Source: the human T2T-CHM13v2.0 reference genome, Homo sapiens. From it: 64,000 bases of DNA. The stretch is taken from assembly GCF_009914755.1 (NCBI RefSeq), contig NC_060948.1. The stretch is one strand, 5' to 3'. Of this stretch, positions 12,594-36,310 are shown in pieces. The position numbers were made by a program, and so were the translations under genes. A model generated the notes under the pieces. It searched no databases, had not been told where the DNA came from, and saw only the letters and a program-made list of their open reading frames with translations. How positions within the stretch are numbered: the first letter of the stretch is position 1; each line of letters begins with the position of its first letter.

Positions 12594-15500
12594 GTATCTC
12601 AATACTATCTCAATACTATCTCAATAGTAACATTAAATGTAAATGGCCTAAATGCTCCAATTTAAAGATACAGAATGGCAGAATGAAGAATTCACTAACC
12701 AACTATCTGCTGCCCTCAAGAGACTCACTTAATACATAATGACTCATAAAAACTTAAGGTAAATGGGTGGAAAAAGACATTTTATGCAAATGGACACCAA
12801 AAGTGAACAGAAGTAGCTATTTTTATATCAGACAAAAAATCTTTACAGCAACAGCAGTGTAAAAAGACAAAGAGGGACATTATATAATAATAAAATCTTT
12901 GTCCTAAAGGAAAATATCACAATCCTAAACATATATGCAGCTAACACTGCAGCTTCCAAATTTGTAAAGCAGTTCCTAATAGACCTAAGAAAAGAGATAG
13001 ACAGCAACACATTAATAGTGGGGGACTTCAATACACCACTGACAGCACTGGCCAGGTCATCAAGAGAGAAGGTTAACAAAGAAACAATGGATTTACACTA
13101 TACCCTGAAACAAATGGACTTAAAAGATATATACAGAACATTCCATTCAACAACTGCAGAATATACATTCTATTCAGCATTGCATGGAACATTCTCCAAG
13201 ATAGACCATATGAGAGGCCACAAAATTGGTCTCAATAAATTTAAGAAAAGTAAAATTATATCAAGCACACTCTCAGAGCACAGTGGAACAAAACTGGAAA
13301 TCAACTCCAAAAGGACCTTCAAAATCATGCAAATACATGGAAATTAAATAGCCTGTTCCTGAATAATCATTGGGTCAAGAATAAAATCAAGATAGAAACT
13401 AAAAAATTTTTGAACTGATCGACACATTGACACAATCTATCAAAACCTCTAGGATACAGCAAAGGTGGTGCTAAGAAAAAATTCATAGCTCTAAATGCCT
13501 ACATCAAAATGTTTAAGGTCAAACCTCAAGGAACTAGAGAAACAACAGCAAACCAAACCCAAACCGAGCAGAAGAAAGGAAATAACTAAGATCAGAGCAG
13601 AACTAAATGAAACTCAAACAAGTGAACAAACAAATAAACAAAAAATAAATAAAACAAAAAGCTGGTTCTTTGATAGACCATTAGCAAGATTAACAAAGAA
13701 AGAAGAATAGAGAAAATCTAAATAAACTCAGTAAGAAATGATACAGGAGATATTACAACTGACACCACAGAAATTCAAAGGATTATTGAAGGCTACCATG
13801 AACACCTTTATGTGCATAAACTAGAAAACCTAGAAGAGACGGATAAATTCCTAAAAAGATACAACCCATCTAGATTAAATCAGGAAGAATTTGATACCTG
13901 AACATACGAATGACAAATAGTGAGATTTAAATGATAATTTTAAAATTACCAAAACGAAAAATCCAGAACCAGCTGGAATCACAGCAGAATGCTACCACAC
14001 ATTCAAAGAATAATTGGTATCAATCTTATCGACACTATTCCACAAGATAAAGAGGAAACCCTACCTAAATCACTCAATGAATTCAGTATTACCCAAATAC
14101 CAAACCCAGAAAAGTGCATAACCACAAAGAAAACTAGTATCGTTAATGAACCAATATGCATAATAAACATAGGGATAAAGAAGACCAATATCACTAATGA
14201 ATATAGATGCTAAATTTCTTAATAAAATACTAGCTAACCAAATCCAACAATGTATTAAAAAAATCCACCACAATCAAGTGGGTTTCATACCAGTGATGCA
14301 GAGATAGTTTAATGTATGCAAGTCAATAAATGTGATACAACACATAAGCAGAATTAAAATAAAAAAATCACATGATTTTCTCAATAAAGGCAGATAAATC
14401 ATTCCACAAAACTCAGCATCCCTTTATGCTTATAACCCTCAGCAAAATCTCCATACAAGGGACACACCTCAATGTAATAAGAGCCATCTATGATAAACCC
14501 ACAGCCAACGTAATACTGAATGGGGAAAAATTAAAAGCATTCCCTCTGAGAACCGGCATGAGACAAGGATGTCCACTGTCCCCACTCCTCTTCAATGTAG
14601 TACTGGAAGTCCTTGCCAGAGCAATCAGACAAGAGAAAGTAATACAAGGCATGTAAATTGATAAAGAGGAAGTGAAACTGTCACTGTTTGCTGATGATGT
14701 GGTTATTTACCTAGAACACCCTAAAGACTCCTCCAGAAGGTTCCTAGAACTGATAAAAGAATTCAGCAAAATTTCCAAATACAAAACTAATGTACAAAAA
14801 CCACCAGGTCTTCTATGCACCAACAGGAACCAAAATGAGAGTCAAGTCAATAACTCAACCCCTTTTACAATAGCTAGAAAAATAAAATACTTCAGAATAT
14901 ACTTTACCAAGGAGTTGAAAGACCTCTATAAGGGAATCTACAAAACACTACTGAAAAAAATTATAGACAACACAAACAAATGGAAATGTATCCCATGTTC
15001 ATGGATGGGTAGAACCAATACTGTGAAAATAATTATACTGCCTAAAGCAATCTACAAATTCAATGCAATTCCCATCAAAGTACCACCATCATTCATCACA
15101 GAGCTAGAGAAAATAATTCTAAAATCCATATAGAATCAAAAAAGAGCTCACATATCCAAAGCAAGTCTAAGCAAAATAACAAATCTGAAGGCATCACATT
15201 ATCTGATTTCAAACTATACAATAAGGCCATAGTCACCAGAACAGCATGGCACTGGTATAAAAATAGGCACAAAAACCAATGGAAAAAAATACAGAACCCA
15301 GAAATAAACCCAAATGCTTACAGCCAACTGATTTTCTACAAAGCAAGCAAAAACATAAAGTGCAAAAAAGACACCCTTTTAAACAAATGGTGCTGGGATA
15401 ATTGGCTAGACACGTGTAGGAGAATAAAACTGGATCCTCATCTCTTACCTTACACAAAAGTCACTCAAGATGGATTAGGGACTTAAATCTATCATCCAAA

Positions 15501-16267
15501 ACTATAAAAAATGTAGGCAATAACATTGTAAAAGCTCTCTAGACATTGGCTTTAGCAAGGATTTCATAACCAAAACCCCACAAGCAAATGCAATTAAAAA
15601 AAGATAAATAGCTGGGACTTAATGAAACTAAAGAACTTTCACACAACAAAAGGAACAGTCAGCAGAGCACACAGACAACTGTGTTGGAGAAACAGACAAC
15701 AGAGTGGGAGAAAATCTTCACAATCTATACATCTAACAAAGAACTAATATCCAGGATCTACCATGAACTCAAACAAATTAGCAAAAAAAACCAATTCCAT
15801 CAAAAAGTGGGCTAAGGACATGAATAGATAATTCTCAAAAGAAAAATATACAAATGGTCAATAACTGCATAAAAAATGCTCAACATCACTAATATTCAGG
15901 GAAATACAAATTAAAATCACAAGGTGATACCACCAAACTCCTGAAAGAATGGCCATAATAAAAAAATAAAAAGAAACAGTTTATCTTGGCATGAATGCAG
16001 TGAACAGGGAACACTTCTATACTGCTGGTGAATATGTAAACTAGCACAAACAGTATGAAAAACAGTGTGGATATTCCTTAAAGAAGTAAAGGTAGAACTG
16101 CCATTTGATCCAGCAATCCCGCTACTGGGTATCTACCCAGATGAAAATAAGTCATTATACAAAAAAGATACTTGGGCATGCATGTTTGTAGCAGTGCAAT
16201 TGGCAATTGCAAAAATGTGGAACAAAACCGAATGCACATCAATCAATGAGAGGATAAAGAAACTGTG

Positions 16268-16412
16268 ATATATATATATACACACACACACATATAAAAA
16301 TATATACATATATAATACATACAAAATATACATATACATATATACACATATGTATATATACATATATACACACGTATATATGTGTATATATATATACTCA
16401 TATATATATATA
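16268..16412. repeat. Compound (TA)n/(CA)n microsatellite within L1PB1
   Basis: Dinucleotide runs directly visible. Confidence 0.9.
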
Positions 16413-17134
16413 TGAATACTACTTATCCATAAAAAAGAATGAATAAATGGCAACCTGGTTGAGATTGGAATTTGTTATTCTAAGTAAAGTAACTCAGGAA
16501 TGGAAAACCAAACATCATATATTCCCATTCCTAAATGGGAGCTAAGCTATGAGGATACAAAGGTGTAAGAATGACACGGTGGACTTTCAGGACTCAGGGG
16601 AAAATAATAGGAAGCAGGTAAGTGATAAAGGACTAAACATAGGGACAGTGTATACTGCTCAGGTGATGGGTGCATCAAAATCTCACCAATCACCACTAAA
16701 GAACTTACTCATGTAACCAAACATCACCTGTTCCCAAATAATGCATGGAAATAAGAAAAATGTTTTAAGAAACAAACACAGAAAACAAACGATTTTGTTT
16801 TGTCTTGTTTTGTTTTCCTGCTGCAAGGAATTTTAGCCACTTAAGAAGTCTTGTTCCTCGTAATTTGGAATTCTTATTCAAATTTGACAAAGTCAGGTAG
16901 CGTTGGTCCAGTCCAATAATAGAAAGACTACAACAACAACAAAAACCCAGAAATGTGATTTCTGAGCACTCTAATAATAACAAGAAATTAAGACAAGCTG
17001 GTTCTCAATTTTAAGTTTTAATCATGAAGGAGAATTTCCAAGACACAAACCCAATTTTTCTGTTACTTATCTAGTAATCAAGACTCAAGGCTGCTTTTCC
17101 CATTCTTAGAAGCAGGATAAAATACTCACACTTG

Positions 17135-23238
<6,104 letters not shown>

Positions 23239-23549
23239 ACTCACACTTGTCTTCCTTGTTAAAAATTAACTACAATTCCAGAAAGTGGGTTCCCACTCTC
23301 TATAGTCATGGAAGCAGGAAAACTTTCCTTCCTTCTTGGAAATAAGTAAAACTCCAGAAAAGGAGTTGTACAGGAAAATGAATTTCAGATCTTGACCAAA
23401 TTTTGTGAGATCAGGGATTCTCCAGAGGTGAGGGGTTTTCAGGCCTCAGAAAATTGCCCTACTCATTTGTGCCGTAAGGATAGCTCAAGGTAGTACCAAA
23501 CAGCCATAGAAGGCTTGTCAAATATCAGGGGAGCCTCCACTCGGACAGA

Positions 23550-23567
23550 ATCCCTTTGTGGTTACCA
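23550..23567 (-). promoter_or_regulatory. tRNA-Arg-like primer-binding site of the MER4 provirus
   Basis: Minus strand TGGTAACCACAAAGGGAT lies 2 nt after the LTR end. Compare Arg PBS TGGCGACCACGAAGGGAC; three of the four differences are CpG-type changes. Confidence 0.75.
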
Positions 23568-23569
23568 AT

Positions 23570-23939
23570 TGTGAAAACAAAGTATCTGAGACAGATCTCT
23601 ATCAGTTTAGAAAGTTTATTTTGCCCAAGTTAATGACACACCTGTGACATGGCCTTACAACATCCTGATGATATGTGCCCAAGGTGGTTGGGGTAAAGCT
23701 TGCTTTTATGTTTTAGGGAGATATGAGATATCAATCAATATGTGTGGGATATACAGTAGTTTGATCTTGAAAGGTGGGCCAAATTGAAGCAGGGACTTCC
23801 AGTTCCTAGGTAGATTTTAAAATTTCTCTCTCTCCCTTTTTTTCCCTTCCTTCCTTCCTCCCTTCCTTCCTTCCTCCCTTCCTTCCTTCCTTCCTTCCTT
23901 CCTTCCTTCCTTCCTTCCTTCCTTCCTTCCTTTTCTTTC

Positions 23940-23994
<55 letters not shown>

Positions 23995-24111
23995 CTCTTT
24001 CTTTCTTTCTTTTTTTCTTTCCTTCTTTCTTTCTCTTTCTTTCTCTCTCTTTCTCTTCTCTTTCTCTTCTCTCTCTCTTCTCTCTCCTCTCTTTTCTCTG
24101 CTCTCTTTTCT

Positions 24112-24149
<38 letters not shown>

Positions 24150-24613
24150 CTAGCAACTCGGATTTGCCATGTTGTCCATGCTGGTCTCAAGAAATTCATC
24201 TACCTCACCCTCTCATGAGCCACTGTGCCCAGCTGTTTTCAACATTTTCTGATTGGCAATTGACTCAGAGAGTTACTCTTTAAAGACATCAAATCAATAG
24301 AAAGAAAATATTTGTACTACAATAAGGGATTGTGGAGACCAACATTTTTTCATTCAGATGAGTCCCTAGATAGCAGGCTTCAGAGAGAATAGATTGTAAA
24401 TGTTTCCTATCAGACTTAAGGTCCATGTTGATGATAAATGCTGGTCGGCTTTTCCTGAGTTTCAAAAGGAAGGGGAGGGGTGTATAATGAGGCATGTTTC
24501 TCCCTTCCTTCTCATCATGGCCTGAATTAGAGGTTAGTTTTGGAATGCCCTTGACTGAGAGGAGGAGTCCATTCAGATGACTGGGGGGCTTGGAGTTTTA
24601 ATTTTGAGTTACA
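23570..24613 (-). mobile_element. MER4 (MER4A/B-like) 5' LTR, interrupted at ~23823-24235
   Basis: Minus strand TGTAACTCAAAATAAAACTCCAAGCCCCCC...GATACTTTGTTTTCACA, followed by the PBS. Confidence 0.8.
23823..24235 (-). repeat. ~320-bp polypyrimidine (CCTT)n/(CTTT)n/(CT)n microsatellite plus an Alu/FLAM remnant
   Basis: Near-pure TC tract at 23823-24147, followed by Alu-like gccatgttgtccatgctggtctc...gagccactgtgcccagc. Confidence 0.85.
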
Positions 24614-24619
24614 CAGTTT

Positions 24620-25395
24620 TAATAAAAGAGAGTACTTTTTCCCACATTTTCATTCTGCAATCTACCCAGAGTTAAGCTAAACTTTATAATTTACTATCAG
24701 TCCTCCAGAAGACTGTGATCACTTCAGATACCAGTCCTTAGTTCAAAGATCCCAAGGGTTGTCTCTGTCTTCTAACCAACTGGCTAAAAATTGGAATGTT
24801 CCCATAACTATGGTGGAGTTCATCAATTTGCTAAAATGACACAGGAACTCAAGACAGTGCAATGCTTACATTTACAGTTTTATTATAGTAAAAGGATAAA
24901 GAGCAGAATTAGCCCAAAGAAGTAATTCACAAGGTGAAGTCTGATAGGGTTCCAGGTGCAACACTTCTGTCATCCTTAGGGATGTGCTATCCTCCCAACA
25001 TGAAAGTGTGCCAATACTCAAGGAGTAATGTCAACCAAGAAGGCTCACCTGAGCTTGGGAGTACCAAGATTTTATTGAGGCCTCACATAGGCATGATTGA
25101 TGAAATCACTGGCCATAGGTTTAAATCTGCAGCTCCCCTTCTCCCCTCCAGAGATTGGGCTTATATCTCACAGCTCAAAGCCCTAACCCTCTAATCAGCC
25201 AGTCCCTATCCTGAGTCATCTCATTAGCATAAACTGTCCAGTGTAAGCCATCTCAGTATTATAAACAATCAGGCCTGGTTCAGGGGGCCCACTAGGAATA
25301 ACAAAGACCCTCCAATCACCTAGGAAATTCCAAGGGTTTAGAAACTACTTCTCAGGAGCTAGAGACAAAGGTCAGCCAAATTCTTCATTACACAA
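24620..25395. mobile_element. Old LTR, MER21/MER77-like
   Basis: Motifs such as ggaaattccaagggtttag...caaattcttcattacaca resemble the recalled consensus. Boundaries are approximate. Confidence 0.45.
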
Positions 25396-25919
25396 AACCA
25401 AACACAGTGTTCTATCTACAAAAGTAAGGAATTCATGCAAACATAATCATAGAGTGTAAAATATAAAATTCAGACACTAAAATGTCTCATCCTGACTTAA
25501 ACTAATATTGTATCCCTGTCTAGATTAAAAAATAGAAAGATTGATGTCCAATTGTATGTCTAGTCTTTGCAACAAATAATATAAGTAGTAAAAAAAGATA
25601 CACATACACATGCTGGAAAAGCTACTTTCACAAATGAGTAAATTTACATGTTTGTAAGTCAAGCAAATCTGAGAAATCAATTCTTGGATGACAAAAACTA
25701 ACAAAATACACCACCATCACCATCGCTGCAACTACTACAGCAAAAGCAGGTGTGTTATTGTTGGCTTAGCATTAAGAACAATTCCAGTACCAATATATCA
25801 TGTTTTATGGTAAAGGGGCCATGGCACAGAAAGAGTTAAGATCACCTGAATCTCACTGCACCCCTACCCTTCTCCTATCTCCTCATAATCAAACTCTGGG
25901 TAATGAGAAAATGTTTTTT

Positions 25920-26795
25920 TTTTTTTTTAAATTTTTATTTTCATTTTCCTTCGATTCTTCATTGAAAAGAAATTCATGTAAAATAAAGTTCCACCATTTC
26001 AAAATGGACACTTTAGTGCATTCACAGTATTGTGTAACTACCATTTCTATCTAGTTCAGTTTTTATCACCACCAAAAGGAACTCCAACCTATCAAGCAAT
26101 CACTCTCCTTTCCTCGCTCCTCCAACCCCCTGACAACCACTAATCTAATTTCTGTCTCTCTAGGTTTAATTATTCTTGTAATTTTATGAAAACCGAGTCA
26201 CACAATATGTGGTCTTTTATGTCTGCCTACTTTCACTAGTATAACATGTGTGAGAGTCATACGTGTCATAGGATGTGTTAGAAATTCTTTTTTTTGATAT
26301 GGAGTCTAGCTCTGTCACCCAGCTGGAGTGCAGTGGTGCAATATCTCGGCTCATGGCAACCTCCACCTCTCAGGTTCCAATTGTCCGCCTCAGCCTCCCT
26401 AGTAGTGTTCACATGGGATTACAGGCACCCACCACAATGCCCAGCTAATTTTTGTAATTTTACTAGAAACAGGGTTTCACCATGTTGGCCAGGCTGGTCT
26501 TGAACTCCTGAGTGACCTCAGGTAATCCACCCACCTCAAGCCTCCCAAAGTGTTGGGATTACAGATGTGAGCCATCACAACCAGCCAGAACATCATTCCT
26601 TTTCGTGGCTGAATAATATTCCATAATATAGATATGTTACAACCTATTTGTCCATTCATACATTAATGGACATTTGGGTTATTTCCAGTTTTTGGCTGTT
26701 GTCAATAATGCCACCATGATGAAGTGAACAAGTATATTTGAATAATTGCTTTCAATTATTTTGGGTATGTACTTAAGGGTGAAATCACTGGCATT
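25920..26795 (-). mobile_element. Old L1M 3' fragment containing a minus-strand Alu (~26286-26587)
   Basis: L1M 3'UTR-like motifs (acaaccactaatct, ggctgaataatattccat, ggacatttgggtt) are split by a reverse Alu. Confidence 0.7.
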
Positions 26796-27977
26796 TTATC
26801 CTTATTCTTTGCAATATTGGTAGAATTGGTGGAAATTGTGCCTATTATTTCTATGTTAGGTGTAAAGTAAATACAAGGATGAAGTACTATGATGTGACCT
26901 TCTTCCCCTGGCAAGCGTTCTGCAAGTGCAAGCATCAGAGAGAACTAAAAAAGCCATTGGAGATGCTGACACAGGCTCGCTCTGTCACTGGCCTTGGTAC
27001 ATATCAGTAAATTCTGATAAGCAAGTAAGCTAAGCTGTAGACATCCCTCCGACAGGAAAAACTAACCTGAAAGGAAGGAAAAGAAGAGAACTGGTGTATG
27101 CTCCTCTCATAGTCCCTAGAAAAATGCAGTGACTGCTCCAGGATACCAGCTCTGGGGCAACTAGGCTGAGATCCAAGTTTTGTAGAAGGTGAATGGTCTG
27201 GATCATCCTATGCAAACACTCAGACTGATTCACTAGCACTAGCAAGGGGTTAATGTCAAGGAGCCTTGAAAAATTCCAAGAGAGCTGGCCAACTTAGCTG
27301 CAAAATTAGGACAAGACAGTATAAGAACTCCAACAAGGAACCACTGGAGGTGATGTTGAAGAGTTCCTCTCTCGAGGTCAAAGATTTCCTGGGGTTGTTT
27401 GCTATGCACAACTGTGGCCCAGCACCAGGTCAAAAAGATTGGCCCTCAAATAGAAAATCAAAGGAGGAATGAAGAATTCCCCCAATGCTAGCATTAATGC
27501 CACTGCCTCTACTTGGAAACCTTGATGTGAGAACTTTGGTCCAGTATCCCTATCTCCTGCAAGGTAGGCTGGAGTTGGGTAAGAGAACCAAGACCCTATG
27601 GCCTCTTCATTGTGCCAGCCAAATGAAATTGTGTTTAGGCTCCATTGTGACTAAGAAGCCCATTGTTTTGTGCTTTAAAGTTTGGTTTCCTCTGGTTTCC
27701 TAATGAAATTTTTTTTTCTACATTGCCCTCCCTTTCTCAAGTGAAACAAGAGTAACAGGAAGTGCCCTCATCTGGAAAGTATTGGTGGACATGACCTAAG
27801 AGGTCATTATAGGCAAAGGAGGGGACATGTGAGTACTGGCCCATTTTTGGGTCCAGGAAAAAAATAGTAGCATGGAGGCACTCACAGAATGAGAATCTAA
27901 AAGCGGGAGGGCTGGCTTCAGAATTTAGGAGACACAGTGCAAAATGGGGACCATTGTTCAAAATTATTAAGAATTTC

Positions 27978-33958
<5,981 letters not shown>

Positions 33959-35722
33959 AAAATTATTAAGAATTTCAAAATGATGGCAGCAGAATTTAAG
34001 GCAAGTACCGGGTGCTTCTGAGCATGTGGCCCAGTGCTGCTCCTTGGCTGTGTAACTGTGAAGCCAGTCCAGGATAGGCCAAATCATGAGGGTCAGCCAA
34101 GGAGGCTGATCTTGGCCTATCTGGCTTTTCCCTTCAGATATGAGCCAGTGATCCATTACCTACACTTTGTTTTCCTTACCATAGAGCCATTAACCACCTC
34201 CTGCTGATGATCTTAATACTGTATTTTATATAAAAGCTTTGACACCCACGGAAGAGGCACATTAAAATATGAAAACACTTATTACTTGCTAATGATAATT
34301 CTGCTTCACAATAGAGCAAAAGGTTTGTCATTGGGAGTATGTAATGGCTCCCCTTTAAATATGATATTGAACCTAGTAATTTTTTAAACCACTGTAACAT
34401 GGATGATTTCTTAAAAAAAGACTGAAGGAGTGAGAAGCTCAGGAAAATTACCAGTGTTCCAGATACGCAATTCCCTTTATTTCTTGTGCACTGGCCATGT
34501 AGGAGGAGGCAAAATGAGCAGATTGATTTTCTGTAGTGAAATAATTTGAAAATTGGGGTAGGCAAAATTTTAACGTAGATGAAATAGCCAGACAGCTTAT
34601 TGAGACAGAATATAACTTTACCCTTATCTGGTCTATGGATCAAAGTTTTTCAAAAACATTAGGATTCTAGAGAAGTTTAGTGTTTAAATAAGGCAGCTGC
34701 TGAGCCACCCAGTCTGAGTCCAAATGCTGCTTTTGGCTTTTGTGATGTGTTCTTGGGAAATTTATAATCACTCTAGGATTCCCTCATCTCCAAAATGAAG
34801 AAACTAATGGTGCCACTGTCATAGGACTGTGTGAGGATTTGGGAAATACTATATGGTAAGCTCCCCAGTATATGGAAAACACTGAGAAAGTGCTTGCCGT
34901 TATTACTTCTATGGTTACGACCATGATTTTTATTATCATTATTCTATAACCTGGCCCCTGACAGGTTCCCAGAATTATTTCCTGTCATTATCTCTCATTT
35001 TAGGTAAATGCCTGACAAGCTAAGGTATTCATTGCTCCCTGCATAACTCAAAGATTCTCTGCTCCCATATTGTTCCCTGACTATGTGGAGGCTGAATAAC
35101 CATTTGGAGGGGATGTTATAGAGGAAAATTCAAGCCACAGAAGGAAAACTGGGTTGAAGGAGATCCCCTTCTACATTTCTTTTGGTTCTAACATTTCCAC
35201 TGGATTAATAAAGCAACAGGACAATTAGCAGCATGGCACTCTGCACTCAGCACTGAGTACTCTAGAAGGTATTCTTTCACTCCTCTTTGTTGTTATCCTC
35301 TGCTCGCTTTTCTCACATTTGCATGGGTTGCCTTCTGTACCATCACACTTTGTAAAATTTGGGTCCACTAAAAGTGAGAATCTTGGAGAAAGATGTATTT
35401 CAGTTAAAAGTAAGGCAGATTATGGGTCTCATGAAAGTGCTTGGCAGGTAGATCCGAGAGTTTGGTTTCTAGCAAATTGCTTAACATTTTCCCACCCTCA
35501 GTTTCTTTTAGCAGTAAAAATGAAGATATTGTACCCACTACTATAGGTACTAATTTTAATATAGGCACTAATGTAGGTGGGTACTAATAGAGTGAGAATT
35601 GAATAAGATATTATATAAAAGGGCTTAACTGAGAGTACAAGATATAGCTAATCCACTAAGTATCATTTCTCTTCTTTCTTCTTTTCCCTCTCTATCATTA
35701 ATAGGGGAAACTGGGCTGTGGG

Positions 35723-35724
<2 letters not shown>

Positions 35725-35765
<41 letters not shown>
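35725..35765. repeat. (GT)n microsatellite, about 20 units
   Basis: Directly visible. Confidence 0.95.
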
Positions 35766-35768
<3 letters not shown>

Positions 35769-35769
35769 C

Positions 35770-36310
35770 TTTTCCTTGAGACAGGGTCTTCCTCTGTAGC
35801 CTAGGCTGGAGTGCAGCAGCCTGACCACAGCTCACTGTAGCCTCCACCCCTCAAGCTCAAGTGACCAGCCCCTCTCAGCGACCTGAGTGGATGGGACTAC
35901 AGGTCAATGCATCGAGCTCCTGGACTCAAGGACTCCTCTCTCTTCAACCTCCCAAAGTGCTGAGATTACAGGTGTGAGCCAGTACGTCCAGCCTGGGCTG
36001 TGTCTTTTTGTTTTGTCTTGTTTTTTGAGACAGACTCTCATTGTGTCACCCAGGCTGGTGTATAGTGGCATGATCTTGGCTCACTTCAACCTCTGCCTCC
36101 CAGGTTCAAGCCAATTCTCCTACCTCAGCCTCCCGAGTAGCTGGGATTACACTCATGTGCCACCATGCCTGGCTGATTTTTGTATTTTTAGGAGAGACAG
36201 GGTTTCACATGTTGGCCAGGCTGGTCTCGAACTTCTGACCTCAGGTCATCCATTCACCTTGGCCCCCCAAAATGCTGGGATTACAGGCATGAGCCACCGT
36301 GTGCCTGTCC
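35770..36310 (-). mobile_element. Two tandem minus-strand Alus (old AluJ-like ~35770-35997; AluS-like ~36005-36310)
   Basis: Two reverse-complement Alu bodies, each preceded by T-rich sequence. Confidence 0.85.

Larger units (their letters stand above)
8964..16766 (+). mobile_element. Full-length L1PB1 (L1PBa-type 5'UTR), ORF1 and ORF2 disrupted
   Basis: 5'UTR start agatcatggtggac...caggacta. ORF2 remnants at 13018, 14372, 14672 (LFADD) and 16065. L1PB-type 3' end (taagctatgaggat...caccactaaagaacttactcatgtaaccaaa). Confidence 0.8.

Noticed and set aside
16133-16453. I/Y-rich 106-aa ORF
   Set aside because: Translation of a (TA/CA)n microsatellite within an L1.
23735-24199. E/R/K-rich ORFs of 154 and 116 aa
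   Set aside because: Translation of a GA-rich microsatellite on the minus strand.
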